A DNA stretch of 64,000 bases from Mobula hypostoma (lineage: Eukaryota), in assembly GCF_963921235.1 (NCBI RefSeq), contig NC_086097.1, positions 194,124,001-194,188,000 on the forward strand, given 5' to 3'. A program made the translations under genes and the position numbers. Of this stretch, positions 26,711-38,825 are shown one piece after another. The notes beneath the pieces are model-generated. The model saw nothing but the letters and a program-made list of their open reading frames with translations, had not been told where the DNA came from and did no database searches. How positions within the stretch are numbered: position 1 is the stretch's first letter; each line of letters begins with the position of its first letter.

Positions 26711-26746
26711 AGTCGACGTTTCAGGCCGAGACCCTTCGTCAGGACT
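26711..26746 (-). ncRNA. Minimal type I hammerhead ribozyme, intact core
   Basis: Minus strand AGTC-CTGACGA-AGGGTCTCGGCCT-GAAAC-GTC-GACT: helix I AGUC/GACU, CUGANGA, helix II, GAAA, GUC cleavage triplet. Confidence 0.75.
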
Positions 26747-28064
26747 AACAGAAGGAAGAGTTAGTAAGAGATTTGAAAGTGGGAGGGAGAGGGGAGATCC
26801 AAAATGATAGGAGAAGACAGGAGGGGGAGGGATGGAGCCAAGAGCTGGACAGGTGATTGGCAAAGGGGATATGAGAGGATCATGGGACAGGAGGTATGGG
26901 GAGAAAGACAAGGGGGGGGGAACCAGAGGACGGGCAAGGGGTATAGTCAGAGGGACAGAGGGAGAAAAAGGAGAGAGAGAGAAAGAACGTGTGTATAAAA
27001 ATAAAAATCATCTGCTCTCAGGATGAGGCTTTTCATTCCAGGACGAAGAAGATGTCTGCCTTTTTAAAGAAAGGGGCTTCCCTTCCTCCACTATCAACTC
27101 TGCTCTCAAACGCATCACCCCCATTTCACGTACATCTGCTCTCACTCCATCTTCCCGCCATCCCACTAGGAATAGGGTTCCCCTGGCCCTCACCTACCAC
27201 CCCACCAGCCTCCGGGTCCGACATATTATTCTTCGTAACTTCCGCCACCTCCAACGGGATCCCACCACTAAGCATATCTTTCCATCCCCTCCTCTCTGCT
27301 TTCCGCAGGGATCGCTCCCTACGCGACTCCCTTGTCCATTCGTCCCCCCCATCCCTCCCGGCACTTATCCTTGTAAGCGGAACAAGTGCTACACATGCCC
27401 TTACACTTCCTCCCTTACCACCATTCAGGGCCCCGAACAGTCCTTCCAGGTGAGGCAACACTTCACCTGTGAGTCGGCTGGGGTGATATACTGCATCCGG
27501 TGCTCCCGATGTGGCCTTCTATATATTGGCGAGACCCGACGCAGACTGGGAGACCGCTTTGCTGAACACCTACACTCTGTCTGCCAGAGAAAGCAGGATC
27601 TCCCAGTGGCCACACATTTTAATTCCACATCCCATTCCCATTCTGACATGTCTATCCACGGCCTCCTCTACTGTAAAGATGAAGCTACACTCAGGTTGGA
27701 GAAACAACACCTTATATTCCATCTGGGTACCCTCCAACCTGATGGCATGAACATCGACTTCCGCTAATGCCCCACCTCCCCCTTCCCCTTGCACCCCATC
27801 CGTTTTTTATTTTTATACACACTTTTTTTCTCTCTCTCTCCTTTTTCTCCCTGTCCCTCTGACTATACCCCTTGCCCATCCTTTGATTCTCCCCCCCCTT
27901 GTCTTTCTCCCCGGACCTCCTGTCCCATGATCCTCTCGTATCCCCTTTGCCAATCACCTGTCCAGCTCATGGCTCCATCCCTCCCCCTCCTGTCTTCTCC
28001 TATCATTTTGGATCTCCCCCTCCCCCTCCCACTTTCAAATCTCTTACTAACTCTTCCTTCAGTT

Positions 28065-28100
28065 AGTCCTGACGAAGGGTCTCGGCCTGAAACGGCGACT
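28065..28100 (+). ncRNA. Hammerhead motif with mutated cleavage triplet (GUC>GGC)
   Basis: AGTC-CTGACGA-AGGGTCTCGGCCT-GAAAC-GGC-GACT. Confidence 0.55.
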
Positions 28101-29739
28101 GTACCTCTTCCTAGAGATGCTGCCTGGCCTGCTGCGTTCACCAGCAACTTTGATGTGCGTTGCTTGAATTTCCAGCATCTGCAGAATTCCTGTTGTTTAG
28201 GTTCCAGAGCCTAATGGCTGCATGGCAACAGCTGCTCCAGAACCTGGCAATGCAAAACTCAAGGCTCCGACATCTCCCATCTGATGGCAGTAGCATGAAG
28301 AGAGGGAGACAGTCAAATGAAGACAGACATCACTGAACACTGGTATGTTTTCTGCTCTCAGGCCTCTGCTTGTAGGCTCAATAAGGACACACTGCAGGTT
28401 GGGTAAGTGAAAGGATCCTACGGAAAATTCTGGCAGTTCTGGACAGTGTTTTTCACCCTCTTGGTTGAACAGAGGAGCACTTTCAGTAATCGACTGAGAC
28501 AACTGTGCTACTCAAAAAAAAACACTATATGAGATCATTCTTACCCTCGGCCATTAGGCTCTATAATGAGTCAACCTATAGCCGGGGAAGTGATGACCCC
28601 CTCCTGTTTGACTGCTTAAGATAACTTATTTTTATTTATTCTTCTTACTTCTCTTCTAATATTGTATATCCGTGAACTTCTAATGCTACTCTGACACTGT
28701 AATTTCCTCTGGGATCAATAAGGTATCTATCTATCTAATCTAGCTCAATGCTTTAATCGGAAAGGAGTAATGGAGCTGAGCTTGATTTTGTTTTCCACTT
28801 TCAGACCTCAACGTTTGCCTCCAGCGATGGCCACCCTGACCATACCTGCATTCTTGAGCATTAAATTTATGAATCTTTCAGGGGATCATAAAATTGCTAG
28901 CTCGTTAGATGGTTCAAGAGTACATTTCTTAAAGGGCAGAACAAACATTTCTTAAAGAACTACTATGCAGGGCAGGGCAGGACAGAGAGAAAACCAGCAT
29001 TAACATGATTCCATGAAAACCAGTTTGCAAAAGGGAAATATTATTATGTATACTGATTCAATAAGTGATTCACTGCTTCATCTGAAAGGCCTTCTGGGAC
29101 TTTTAGAAAGCTGAGAATGAAAATCCCAAAATAGTCCTTTTGGAAAGTTGAAAATGGAGGAAAAAGGAAAATGTGTCTGGTTGCTGAAAATAGAGAATAG
29201 TTGTGAAGACTGGTAGGTGAGAATACAGGAAGCCTGTCATTATCTCTAGTGGGCAGACACTGGGTGAATGTAGATGTACAGAAAATGGTACGGATTAGAT
29301 GAAAGGTCTCAACCCAGAACTTCAGTTGCTCATTCTCTCCATTGATGCTGCCTGACAGGCTGGGTTACTCCTTTGGGTGTTGCTGCAGAAAATGGAACAG
29401 ACTTAGTTTAGAATCACGTTAAATCTGGTGCAAGGGAAGCGTTTGGTAAGGAAAATGGGACCCTCAAAAGCACTGCTGTGGAAGATGCTGTCATAAGAAA
29501 ACAGTATGACTGATAAGGAGAAACCATGCGAATGGTTGAGGTACTTACATGAAACAGGTTGCTATGAGATGCAGTCAAGATAACTGTGGAAATGAATAGA
29601 TATCTAATGGATAAGGGTTTACGACCTATCTATACAATGCAACTATAGTCAGTAACAATAAGTCTTTGTGAATGCTGCATTTCATGTTTTCATAACACCA
29701 GGGTTGTAGGTCAACTCTAACAAATGGTTCTATGAAGCA

Positions 29740-29880
29740 AACAAGAGAAAATCTGCAGATGCTGGAAGTCTAAAGAACACTCACAGAATGCTGGAAGAAC
29801 TCAGCAGGTCAAGCAGCATCTATGGAACAAAGCACAGTTGACATTTCAGGCTGAAACTCTTCAGCAGGGCTGGTGAAAAA
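29740..29880 (-). mobile_element. Penelope pLTR-derived short fragment with degenerate hammerhead
   Basis: aatctgcagatgctgga..gaactcagcagg..gcagcatctatg..gttgacatttcagg..cttcagcagg matches the pLTR reverse complement. Confidence 0.65.
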
Positions 29881-30689
29881 AAGATTCTATGAGGCATTTG
29901 TAATTATAGTTCAGCTTATGAAACTACTTTGAAGAAATGATAAATAAGCAGTATAGTGGTTCAACAACAATTATACTGCTTTGTCATTTCTCCAAAGTGA
30001 AAATTGATGTTCAAATATGCAAAATAAACAATGCAATACTGTCTTTCATATTACAAGATTTGGCAAAATTAATGGTCCTGAAATTGATCTGATGACTTTA
30101 TTGGGAATTAATTCATGGAGACAGAAATTCTGTTGAAGCACAATAACCCCCACTACAGCTGTCCACCATTTTCTGTACAATAAGAACAGAAAACGCTGGA
30201 AACACTCAGAAGGTCAGGCAATATCACTGGGGGGAAAACTTAGGGTTAACATTACAGATCAAAGACCCAATTGTTAAATTTGTTTCTCTTTTCATTGCTG
30301 TGGCCTTACCGCTGTCTTTCCAATATTTTCTGTTTCTATTTCAGATTTTTAGATCTGCAGAACTTTTATTTAAATAATGACTTCAGGGTCCTGATCCTCT
30401 GTCAGTATCATGTTCATAAATATGGTGTATAATACAAAAACTAAACTTATTTTATACAAAGAATTCATATCTGAGCTCTATTGGCCGAATAGGGATTGGG
30501 ATGTGTTAATAGAAATGTGGAAAAAATAAAGTGCGTTTAACATAGTAAATGAGTGCTTGATGGCCAGCTTGGACTCTGGGTCAAAGGACATGATTCCACA
30601 GAAAGAACCCTGCACCATTTGAGTTGCAGAGAAGTGCCTACATTACACAGATACATCATATAATGTAATAAGCCCAGCTCTGCCTGCCT

Positions 30690-31670
30690 TTTCATTGGCT
30701 ACATGGAGCAACCGAGTTTGCAAACCTTCACTGGCTTTACTCCCCACCTCTTTCCCTGCTGCATTGACTGCATTGGTGCTGCTTACTGCACTCGTGCATA
30801 GCTCAACAATTCCATCAACTTTGTCACCCACTTCCATCCTGCCCTCAAATTCATTTGGTCTATCTTCGACCCCTCTCCCTCCTTTCTTGTCCACTCATCT
30901 CTCCCTACTAATCCTTTACATGTGAACCCATCATTGTTACTTATTGCATCCAGTGCTCCCAGTGCTACGTCCCCTACATCAGTGAGACCCGATATAGATT
31001 GGGGGAAATCACTATATTCAGTATCTTCACTCCATCTGCTGCAATAGCTAGAACCTTCCTTTGGCTGGCCATTTTAATTTCACTTCCCATTCCCACACTG
31101 ATATGACTGTCCACAGCCTCCTGCACTGCCAAATTGAGGTCAGATGCAGATTGGAGGAACAGCATCCTCATATTCTGCCTTGGTAGTCTCCAAACTGATG
31201 GCTTTAACACTGATGTATCTAATTTTTGGAAACCACCCTTTTTTCCCACTGGCTCCATTACCACATCTCTTCCCCTCACTCACCCTCTCAATCTGCCTGT
31301 CACCCACATATTCCTCCCAAGATTCCCTGCCTCTCCTCCTATCCTTTATTCTACGATCTACTGTCCCCTCCTATCAGATTCCTTCTCCTTCAGCTCTTTG
31401 TCACTTCAACCTTTTGCCTCTCATTTTCTTACATCATTCCCACTCATCCCCTCTCATCTGGATGTAACTAACACCAGCCAGCGCTTGCTCCAATCCTTCC
31501 CCCCATCTTTTTATACTGGTGTGTCCCCTCTTTCTTTCCAGTCCTAATGAAGAGTCTCGATCCAAAACATTGTTTGCCCCTTTCCCTCCACATATGCTGC
31601 CTGACCTATTGAGTTCCTCCAATATTTTATGTGTTGCTCCAGATACTAGCATCTGCAGTCTCTCACGTCT
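30690..31670 (+). mobile_element. Old Penelope-like element fragment
   Basis: Degenerate GIY-YIG region (ctacatcagtgagacc; tattctgccttggtagtctccaa) and pLTR end. Confidence 0.7.
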
Positions 31671-32754
31671 ACATTATGAGTCTACTGGTTAATGTAAATA
31701 AAAATTTCACTTTCACATTTTCCTGCAGTTCTTAAAGTTACATTAGTTGTAATCTTTCCCTACATCGTTTATGTAAAGCCATCTCTTTTGTTTACCTTAT
31801 GGAAAGTAAGTGAATTGGAGTTAAACGCTGAACTTGGAAGACTTGGAGTGTGATGGGGGTTGGTAGTAAGTATAAATTCGTTTTATAGGCTTGATTCCAA
31901 ATGATTGACTAAGTTTATTTACTTTATAGTTACTTGCTGGATATTTTTAAAAATGTCATAACTGAGGATAACTATTCCCCAGCTTGACAACAGCAACAAC
32001 AAAAAAACTAATTATTGAATTGTAATAAATTACAAAGGATACTTGATATATTTCAGAGGAATAAATTTTGGTGTCCTTTAGAAAGTAAAGATATTATAAA
32101 TGAGTTGGAAGTCTAAGTTATTCAATAAACCTTTTAAAATGATAGTGTAATACTACAAGAAACTTCTCATTTTCTGATAACAGAAAGAACTGGTAATTTA
32201 TACAAGCGTGCAAGTGGGTTGGCTCAGGAGACTTTCGCAAAGTTACATTTGTTTTAGATTAAAATTGTACACACTGACTTCGGCAAAACTCCAAGGTTTG
32301 TTAAAGCTCCTATCTAACAAGAGATTTATACACTGTCACAAAATGAAGTCAGTGTTGTCCAGCTTTTTCCTTTCCACAGGCACAGTTTGTTGGAGAAATA
32401 ATATCCATATGGTCACTGATGAGAAAGGCTATTCCCTCTGTTATGATAGAATCACTGACATCAGAAAAATAACTCACTGTAACATTGTTATAATTTTCCT
32501 ATAATAATTGCAACATCATCGAGAAAATTAAAAAAACGGCAAATGATTCAGAAACCAATTCTGAATTTGGTGACTCACAATTTAAGATATTCTGTTCTAG
32601 CTGGCTTTTGTAGTTCTATCCGATCCTAATTGGGGCCCTCTTATAATATTAATGAGAATGAAATTGACTATATTATAATAAATCTTTTAAAGATTTGCAC
32701 TTTTTAAGATATATACAACAGGATGTATAGCTTGGTGTTCCATACCATTTATTA

Positions 32755-33760
32755 CCCAAGCTTCCAAACCTGGACTTCTGTACCTCCCTCTGCAAATGGA
32801 TCCTTGACTTCCTCATTGGGAGAGCAGAGTCTGTACAGAATGGTGATAACAGCTCCTCCTTGCTGAAAACCAGCACAGTAAACCCAAAGGATGTGTGCTT
32901 AGTCGTCTGCTCTACTCTCTCCATACTTATGACTGTGTGGCTAAGCACAGCTCAAATGCCATCTATAAGTTTGCAGATAACACCATTGTTGTAGGTAAAA
33001 TATCAGATGGCGACAAGGCAGCGTACAGGAGTGAGATAGATCAGCTGGCTGAGTGGTGTCACAGCAGCTACCTCACATTCAACATCAGCAAGAGCAAGGA
33101 ACTGATTGTGGACTTCAGGGAGGGGAAGTTGGAAAAACGTGCAGCAGTCCACATTGAGGGGTCAGGGGGCAAAGGATGAGGAGCTTCAAGTTCCTGGATG
33201 TCAACATATCAGATGATTTGTCCTAGGCCCAACACACTGACACAATCACAAAGAAGGAATGCCAGCAGTTCTATTTCATTAGGAGTTTGAGGAGATTTGC
33301 TATGTCACCAACGTCTAGCAAATTTCTGCAGATGTATAGTGGAGTGCTTTCTGAATGATTGCATCACAGACTGGTATGGAGGCTCCAAAGCACAGGATGA
33401 CAGGAGACTGCAGACTCAGCCATTTTCATCACACGGACAACCCTCCCCACTGAGAAGATCTTCAAGAGGTGGTGTCTCATGAAGCCAGTATCCTTCAATA
33501 AGGACTCTCACCATCTGGAAATGCCCTCTTCTTGTTACTACTGTCAGAGTGGAGGTACAAGAGCCTGAAGATCCACACTCAGTGGTTCAGAAACAACTTT
33601 ATCCCCTCTGCCATCAGATTTCTGAATGGTCCATGAACACAACCTCATTATTCTTTTAACACCAAAATTTATTTTGTAAAGTAATTTTATGTCTTTATAC
33701 TGCTGAAATCAATAAATTTCACGTCACATAAGACAGTGATAATAAATCTGATTCTGACCT
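32755..33760 (+). mobile_element. Rex1/Babar RT 3' fragment
   Basis: LLYSLHTYDC..YKFADNT..KSKELIVDFR; tail aataaatctgattctga. Confidence 0.85.
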
Positions 33761-34348
33761 TCTGCAGGTGATTTTAAACAACCTCAAAATATTTCTTACT
33801 TCTGGAAAAAGCAATGTCACTTTTTTTACAGAATGAGGAGAGGATACAAGTCTTAAAATGTGTGAGCTTATTTGATAAGACCTTTAACCATATCCTTTTC
33901 CTTAGGTAGTTCTTGAATTCGGATGATTTGCTTCCGTGGGTTCGGTAGTAGCTGAAGTGTTGTGTGTAGTATTTGTGGACTCTGCCACAGGTGGGACACG
34001 TAATGCTCAAATGGGTGAGAGGACTATTTGGGAAAGTTGTAAATTCCTTCTGTTGTTTGCCGGAGACATGCGCGAGTTCCTCCTGTAGACATCTGAGGTA
34101 CTCATTGCCTTTCCAGGTGTTCCTTCAAGGACCAGAGATTCCTAAACACCAGTAAACATGAAGCATTATTCCTAAAGTGTGGACTGTGATCTGCATTTTA
34201 TAGCTTCTAGTTGTTAATCTGATTGTCTGGAGGCAGTGTTATACAGAGGGGCCAGGTTGTTGGATGACCTTTTGACCTCAGGTTGTTTCATACAAGACCC
34301 ATCTAATTGTATGCTTCAGTAAGAGAATCAATAGAGACCTAATGATAT

Positions 34349-34457
34349 CATGAGGAAATCTGCAGAGTCCTGACGAAGGCTCTCAGCCCGAAACGTCGAC
34401 TGTACTTCTTCCTATAGATGCTGCCTGGCCAGTTACGTTCACCAGCATTTTGTGTGT
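34349..34457 (+). mobile_element. 109-bp Penelope pLTR-derived mini insertion carrying a hammerhead
   Basis: Perfect 15-bp TSD GAGACCTAATGATAT at 34334-34348 and 34458-34472. Confidence 0.85.
34366..34401 (+). ncRNA. Minimal type I hammerhead ribozyme, intact core
   Basis: AGTC-CTGACGA-AGGCTCTCAGCCC-GAAAC-GTC-GACT. Confidence 0.75.
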
Positions 34458-36019
34458 GAGACCTAATGATATGCAAGTATTGTCTGCATTGAACAATTTC
34501 CCACTTAACTTGCCTTATCAGCTCCAGTCCTGTTGGAGGTGAGGTGCGGCATTGCGGTAGGGAAGAATAAGAGTATTGATGCAGTGGCAAAACATCCAAG
34601 ACTCCAGTCTTTAAGGAGGTTTATTTCTGGGATTTAAGAATTTTGGCTTGCATGATATTATACAACTGAAAAAGAATGATAATGAACTTGAGGACAGCCA
34701 GATGTGAGAAGGATTCTCCACAGTCCCTCGTGGTTGATGAAATTAAAGATCTATGTGAGCTTGAGAAAGGCTTGTTACAATCCTTTTGTGCCTAAAATCT
34801 AATGTGGTAGGCCAGGGAGATGAAGTGTATTGATCCTTTTCATTGGATTCTGTAGATAAATTCAAATTAAATGTTTGTGACTTCGTATAACGGAATAGGA
34901 TTTCATCTCATAATTCAAAAACGCTAGGAACTGTTTAAAACTTTTTAAATCTGTCACTTTTAATAGCTGCTGACAGACCTCGGTGTTCAAATCTGAAAGG
35001 AGTATTAACAATTATCTTCTTGTATTTTGTTACGTGTTTACTACTGAAGAAATGAGCCCCGGGTTAGTTTTTGTAGGCTTTATTAAAAGGTATAAGACGA
35101 ACTTCGTGATGTTTCATGAAAACTGAAGTTATAATTGTGGGTTGGGCTGGGCGGTGTTGAGAGTTTGGACCCGTGTGAATAAATGTTTCCAGCTCCGAAT
35201 CCCACAGTTTAGTCTCGGTGCCAGCATGAGTCAGAAAACAGTCCATGATTTCACACTGAATCCCAGAGACGGGCGTCGATGGGATGAAACATCAACTCAG
35301 CCTCAGCTCGCTAGTTTCGTTCTCTCCTTTTTAACGACCCGCTCCCCTCACCGCCCCCCCCCAACACACACCCATCAGCGACACTTAAATGTTTTTGTAC
35401 GAACATTTCGCAAGGCCGTTGCAGCAGTTTTAGTTGTCTTAACGGTAACTCCTTTGTATTCATTTAAATCAACTCAAGTTAAGACGCTGATGGATTCCTT
35501 TTACCAATATAACCGTTCGTACTCGAGGCAATTTACTGTGAAGAGACAATCTCAACCATCTGATGACCAGATTGGTTCATCCCGCTGCGAGCAAGTGATA
35601 GTCTGTCTGATAATAGTTCGCTTTTCTGGTTGTTTGATGTTTTGAAAATGAACACATTTTAACATTTCTAAGATGTTTCAATTCAGATTAAAGTGCAATA
35701 GCTGATATTTTATGCTCAGTTGGGCGGTTTAGAAAGGGCAGTGCTGGGTATGAATTCTGTCATTTTGTCATTTATATGAAATGATGTTCAGCCAAGCTCT
35801 GGGTGGGACAGTGAACTTATTTCTGACGCAGTTAGTGGGGGTGGAGGGGGGAATGTGACCACAGCATAGCCTGAGATTCCCAAATGGCATCCAGCACTAG
35901 TGCAACTAAATGCCGAAGTTCTTCCTTGTGAGTAGGAAGGCTCAGTGTGAGTTCCTAACATGGATTCATGTCAATGGGGTGGGGGGGGGGGGGAAGACAC
36001 ATTTCCAACACACTCGCAG

Positions 36020-37790
36020 GTATAGGTCCTTTACCCGCTGCCTCAACGTCTCCAATGATAATTCCTTAGTTCTTTCTTTTTCGTAGCTAAGGGATACCAA
36101 CCCTCTCCCCCACGCAAGGTCATCTGTAAACGGGTTGTTCCCTGCTCTCTTAACATCAGAAGGGGGAATCTGATAGGTGAGGGTAGAAGACCATGGGAGA
36201 AAGAAGGCGGAAGAGCACCAGAGGGAGGTGATGGGCAGGTAAGAGGATAAGGTAAAAAAAAAAGGGAAATTGGAATAGTGAAGGGGGGCAATTACTGGAA
36301 ATTCAAGAAATCAATGTTCACGCCATCAAGTTGGAAGCTACCCAGGCGAAATACAAGGTGTTGCTCCAACTTGAGAGTGGCCTCATCGTGGCAGTAGAGA
36401 AGGCCATGGACTGCGATACCCTGCTTTTCTGGAGGAGGGAGCACAGGTGCTCAGCGAAGCTGTCTCCAGTGAATGTGGGTCTTCACTGATATACAGTAGA
36501 TGACTCCAGCAGGCTCTCAGGTGAAATGACGGCTCATGTGGCACGACTGTTTGGGGCCCTGAATGGGAGAAGGTAGAGGGGCAGGAATGGCACTTGTTCA
36601 GCTTGTACTAGGAGGAAGGTCAATGGGATGGGATGAATGGATTGCCCCTTACGCGACTCTTGTCCAGTCATTCCTCTCCACCGATCTCCCTCTTGGGACT
36701 TATCCTTGAACCACATCAGCACACAATTCTCCGTAACTTGCGCCATTGCCAATGGGAATCCACCACAAAGCACAACTTTCCCTCCACCCCACTCTCTGCA
36801 GCCATTGCTCCCTACGTGACTCCCTTGTCCATTTGTCAATGAGGTCATCCGGGGGGGGGGGGATGGTGGACAAATGCACAAGGAGTCGCATAGAGAGCTA
36901 TCCAGTCATCCCTCCCCTCTCATCTCCTCCTGGTACCTATCCATTCATTCTCTCCCCTCTCATCTCTTCCTGATACCCATCCTTGCAAGTGAAACAATAG
37001 CCATAACTGCCCCCATACCTCCTCCCTCACTATCATTCAGAGCCCCAAACAGTCCTTCCTGGTGAGGCGACACTTCAACTGTGTCTGTTGAGGTCATCTA
37101 CTGTATCTGGTGTGGCTTCCTTTATATCAGGGAGACCCAACGTAGATTGAGAGACTACTTCCCAGAACACCTATGCTTCCATCTGCCAGATAAAGTGGGA
37201 TCTCCCGGTGGCCACCCATTTCAATTCTACTTCCCATTCCGACATCTCAGTCCATGGCTTCCTCTACTACTGCGATGAGGCCACACTCAGATTTGAGAGC
37301 AACGCCTTGTATTCCCGTCAGGTTAGCCTCCAAGCTGATGGGATGAACATCGGTTTCTTGAACTTCTGGTAATTGCCTCCCCCCTTCACCATTCCCCCAT
37401 TCGCATTTCCCTCTCATACTTTATCTCCATACCTGTCCATTACCTCCCCCTGGTGCTCCTCTCCCTTCCCTTTCTTCCATTGGTTTCTACCTTATCCTAT
37501 CAGATTTCCCCATTCTCCAGCCCTTTATCTCTTTCACCAATCGACTTTGCAGCTCTTTACTTCAACCCCCCTCCCAGTTTCACCTATCACCAACCACTTT
37601 GTACTTCTTCCTCCCCTCCCCTCACCTTCTTGCTCTGTTCTCATCTTTTTTTCAAGTCCTGACAAAGGATCTTGGCCTGACATGTCAACGGTTTACTCTT
37701 GTCCATAGATGCTGCCTGGCTGCTGAGTTCCTCCAGCATTTTGTATGTGTTGCTTGGATTTCCAGCATCTGCAGATTTTCTTGTGTTCAT
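36020..37790. mobile_element. Rearranged Penelope-like element(s): minus piece ~36150-36640 facing plus piece ~36645-37790
   Basis: VIYCIWCGFLYIRETQRRL (37081-) and a reverse-complement GIY-YIG region at 36300-36600; pLTR with degenerate hammerhead ~37655-37692. Confidence 0.75.
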
Positions 37791-38180
37791 CAGAGCAGCT
37801 TCTGGTTAAACAGCAGCTTTATAATTCCTTCATTCTCTCCTGCTGTGTTATGCTCTTTAGACTTCAGCCCAATGACAATCATGCTCCCCCAGTTGTTATA
37901 TACTGCATTTTCTTATCCATTCCATCACTGGGAGTTCTACCCCCAGCTATCCACAGCATAGCTTTGCATGTCACTCTGGCCCCAACCACCTCTAAATCCC
38001 TGTGTCTTTCTACCATTTCTGCTCAAAGATGCTCTTTCATTCTTAACATCCTTACCCAAATATCTCAGATGATTTGGTGTTAATTTTTCATAATTTAATA
38101 GGCATTAAAATACCATCAGTGTGCCATGTCCTGCTTAAGATTTTTACTTCTATGCTGCACTTATTTCATTTTAGCAGTTC

Positions 38181-38825
38181 TGTAAAAGCAGTGTGTTCTG
38201 CTTTTGGAAAGTTTTGGCTTTGGCTGAAAGATAAGGGGCGATGATGTTCAGTTTAGGAATGTTGCGTCAGCCGATCAGGATGGTGGAATTGGGAGAAGGT
38301 TCTGGAGAAAGCTGGGCGGAGTAAGATTTGTGATGGGCAGTGTGGTTCACAGGCCTTTTTTCTGGTGGGAGCTGCGGAGAAGACAGGGGGAAGATGGCCG
38401 AGGATGCCGTGGGGAGGAGTGTCCCTGTTGCATAATATGCTTTGTGCAGATGAATGACTCCAAAGAGGAACAGCCAATACTCCTGAGAGACCATGGATCA
38501 AGATGAATTTCGAGCGAAGTTCAGAATGTGGTGCATGCTTTCACACAGACCAGGGTCCAGCGCCTGAGTACAGAGGACAACTTCACAATGAGCTCCAAAT
38601 TTATGTGCATATTTGGACTGTGTTAACTGAAATGGGGCCTTTTATATATTTTTTTCCATTTCTCTGTCCTACTAACTCTTCCATAAAGATGAAATTTGTA
38701 AATGTACTTTCTTTAAAATTCTCTGTGGTGTACGATCTGTTATTTTGTTCCAATCAACAACTGTGTATGGGCAGTATTTACACAGCATTAGCTCAAATCG
38801 AGGTTTCTTTAATTAGAACATCACA
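38181..38825. mobile_element. Possible solo LTR
   Basis: TGT...ACA termini; G-rich and CpG-containing 5' half; flanks CAGTTC / ACGTTC only partly match. Confidence 0.4.

Larger units (their letters stand above)
26652..28198 (+). mobile_element. Penelope-like element (GIY-YIG endonuclease), 5'-truncated, with inverted pLTR
   Basis: ORF 27450-27767 GVIYCIRCSRCGLLYIGETRRRLGDRFAEH; 26652-27007 is an inverted copy of ~27803-28159; 14-bp TSD AGGTTCCAGAGCCT (26638-26651, 28199-28212). Confidence 0.93.

Noticed and set aside
33774..34141. Unique-looking minus-strand segment with a CPTC-containing ORF, considered as a last exon of an upstream gene such as SMCHD1
   Set aside because: Weak acceptor; stops in two of the three frames soon after it; the remaining frame (ESLVLEGTPGK...SPI*) is not recognisable.
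35142..35645. 167-aa ORF as a protein-coding gene
   Set aside because: Non-ATG start, low-complexity parts and no motif; more likely a by-product of GC content.
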